64,000 nucleotides of DNA from Fusobacteriota bacterium (GTDB lineage Bacteria > Fusobacteriota > Fusobacteriia > Fusobacteriales > JBNJFI01). Position 1 is the first letter of the stretch; every line of letters starts with the position of its first letter. The DNA lies in contig JBNJFI010000003.1 of the NCBI GenBank assembly GCA_051746725.1, positions 1 through 64,000 of the forward strand, written 5' to 3'. The notes under the pieces were generated by a model. The model did not search any database and had not been told where the DNA came from. It saw nothing but the letters and a program-made list of their open reading frames with translations. A program made the position numbers and the translations under genes. Positions 62,737 through 64,000 of this stretch are shown piece by piece.

Positions 62737-63120
62737 ATGGCAATTAAAAAAGGTGATATTGTAAAGGGTAAAGTTGAAAAGTTAACTAACTTTGGTGCAT
62801 TTGTAAATTTAGGAAATAACAGAACAGGGTTGGTTCATATTTCTGAAGTAGATTCTTCATATGTTGAAGATATCTCAGATTTTTTAAAAGAGGGACAAAA
62901 GATTAAGGTTAAGGTTTTAGCAATTAAAGATGGAGGGAAAATTGATTTATCTATTAAAGCTATAAAGAAAAAGAAAAAAAAGAAAAAAATAACCGGATCT
63001 TTAAATCTTGAAAGTCAAAAACATGACTCTGGAAAATTTGAAGATAAAATTACGAACTTTTTAAAAAGTAGTGAAGAAAGACAAAATGCTATAAATAAAA
63101 GGTTAAATGATAGAAAATAA
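62737..63120 (+). CDS. S1 domain RNA-binding protein (YabR/YugI-like)
   Basis: FGAFV, GLVHISEV, KIDLSIK, FEDK...FLK.SEER. Confidence 0.88.
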   Translation: MAIKKGDIVKGKVEKLTNFGAFVNLGNNRTGLVHISEVDSSYVEDISDFLKEGQKIKVKVLAIKDGGKIDLSIKAIKKKKKKKKITGSLNLESQKHDSGKFEDKITNFLKSSEERQNAINKRLNDRK

Positions 63121-63139
63121 TTAGGAGGAATTCATAATA

Positions 63140-64000
63140 ATGAAAAGAAATTTAGCACTTGAATTTGCTAGAGTTACAGAAGTTGCAGCTTTAGCCTCGG
63201 AGCAATGGATTGGGCGTGGAGATAAAGAAAGTGCAGACCAAGCAGCTGTAAATGCTATGAGGTCAATGCTCAATAAAATTGATGTCGATGGAAAAGTTGT
63301 AATTGGTGAAGGAGAAATTGATGAAGCTCCTATGTTATTTATAGGAGAAGAGGTGGGAAAAAAAGGTGCTAAAACTAAAATAGATATCGCTGTTGATCCT
63401 ATTGAAGGGACTAAAATGACAGCAAAAGGACAGCCAAATGCATTGGCTGTTATGGCAGTTGCAAATCGAGGAAGTTTTTTAGAGGCTCCTGATATGTATA
63501 TGGAAAAATTAATAGTTGGTTCAAATGCTAGAGGAGCTATAGATTTAAATTTACCATTAGAGGATAATATAAATAATATTTCAAAAAAAATAGGAAAAGA
63601 TCTCAGAGATATGTCTGTTGTTATTTTAGATAAACCGAGACATTCACAAGTTATAAGAGATCTACAAAATATGGGGTTAAAAGTTATGGCATTTACCGAT
63701 GGAGATGTTGCTGGATCTATATTAGCTGCTTTAGAGACCTCGGATGTAGATCTCTTATATGGGATTGGAGGAGCTCCTGAAGGCGTCATTTCTGCAGCTG
63801 CAATGCGTGCTCTTGATGGCGATATGCAGGCCAGGTTAAAGACTCGTAGTGAAGTCAAAGGGATATCTTTAGAAAATGATAAGATATCTAATACAGAAAT
63901 TTCTAGATGCAAAGATATGGGAATTGAAGTAAATAAAGTTTTGAAACTAGATGACTTAGTTAAAGATGAGCAAGTTGTTTTTGTAGCTACTGGAATAACC
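63140..64000 (+). CDS. glpX: Class II fructose-1,6-bisphosphatase, partial (runs off the window; not in the ORF track)
   Basis: SD AGGAGG; MKRNLALEFARVTEVAAL...GRGDK...VVIGEGEIDEAPML...DIAVDPIEGT...APDMYMEKL...GIGGAPEG. Confidence 0.95.
   Translation, partial: MKRNLALEFARVTEVAALASEQWIGRGDKESADQAAVNAMRSMLNKIDVDGKVVIGEGEIDEAPMLFIGEEVGKKGAKTKIDIAVDPIEGTKMTAKGQPNALAVMAVANRGSFLEAPDMYMEKLIVGSNARGAIDLNLPLEDNINNISKKIGKDLRDMSVVILDKPRHSQVIRDLQNMGLKVMAFTDGDVAGSILAALETSDVDLLYGIGGAPEGVISAAAMRALDGDMQARLKTRSEVKGISLENDKISNTEISRCKDMGIEVNKVLKLDDLVKDEQVVFVATGIT

Noticed and set aside
62964..62990. A-rich poly-Lys tract in the S1 gene as a phase-variation site
   Set aside because: Interrupted by G, the frame is intact, and similar Lys runs occur in rplI and fliJ
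63121..63912. 263-aa minus-strand ORF in the track
   Set aside because: Antisense shadow of glpX, which starts at 63140 on + with a clear SD and family motifs

Overview
AT-rich bacterial chromosomal segment, almost entirely coded on the + strand, from a diderm (lpxL-like, kdsB, TonB/ExbBD), probably anaerobic, flagellated organism. The gene order (dnaN away from dnaA; TPR-OM barrel-exbBD-tonB-NtrC-like-dnaX...DUF2232-rplI-dnaB-U32; mreC-LolA-like-recO-PTS IIA-nrdR; ftsB-S1-glpX) looks to me like Fusobacteriota, but that is inference. Contents in order: the end of a pilin-like gene; a GlpP-antiterminated glycerol operon; one small reverse-strand gene with a sigma28-type promoter and CsrA-type leader; a MoxR/DUF58/VWA cluster; LPS and phospholipid genes; STAS-dnaN-glgB; and a ~40 kb tightly packed run from udk to glpX that includes a flagellar basal-body/export block (flgBC-fliEFGHI-X-fliJ-flbB/ylxF). 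I saw no rRNA, tRNA, CRISPR array or transposase. Most interesting: (1) a HEAT / membrane GAF-GGDEF / pseudo-peptidase / HEAT cassette behind dnaX; (2) a 632-aa lipoprotein between fliI and fliJ, next to an FlbB-like protein; (3) a TPR + atypical TonB-dependent-like barrel + ExbBD-TonB module followed by a GAFTGA-less pseudo-enhancer-binding protein; (4) a small gene with a flagellin-type sigma28/CsrA leader. All calls come from reading motifs by eye; no searches were run.
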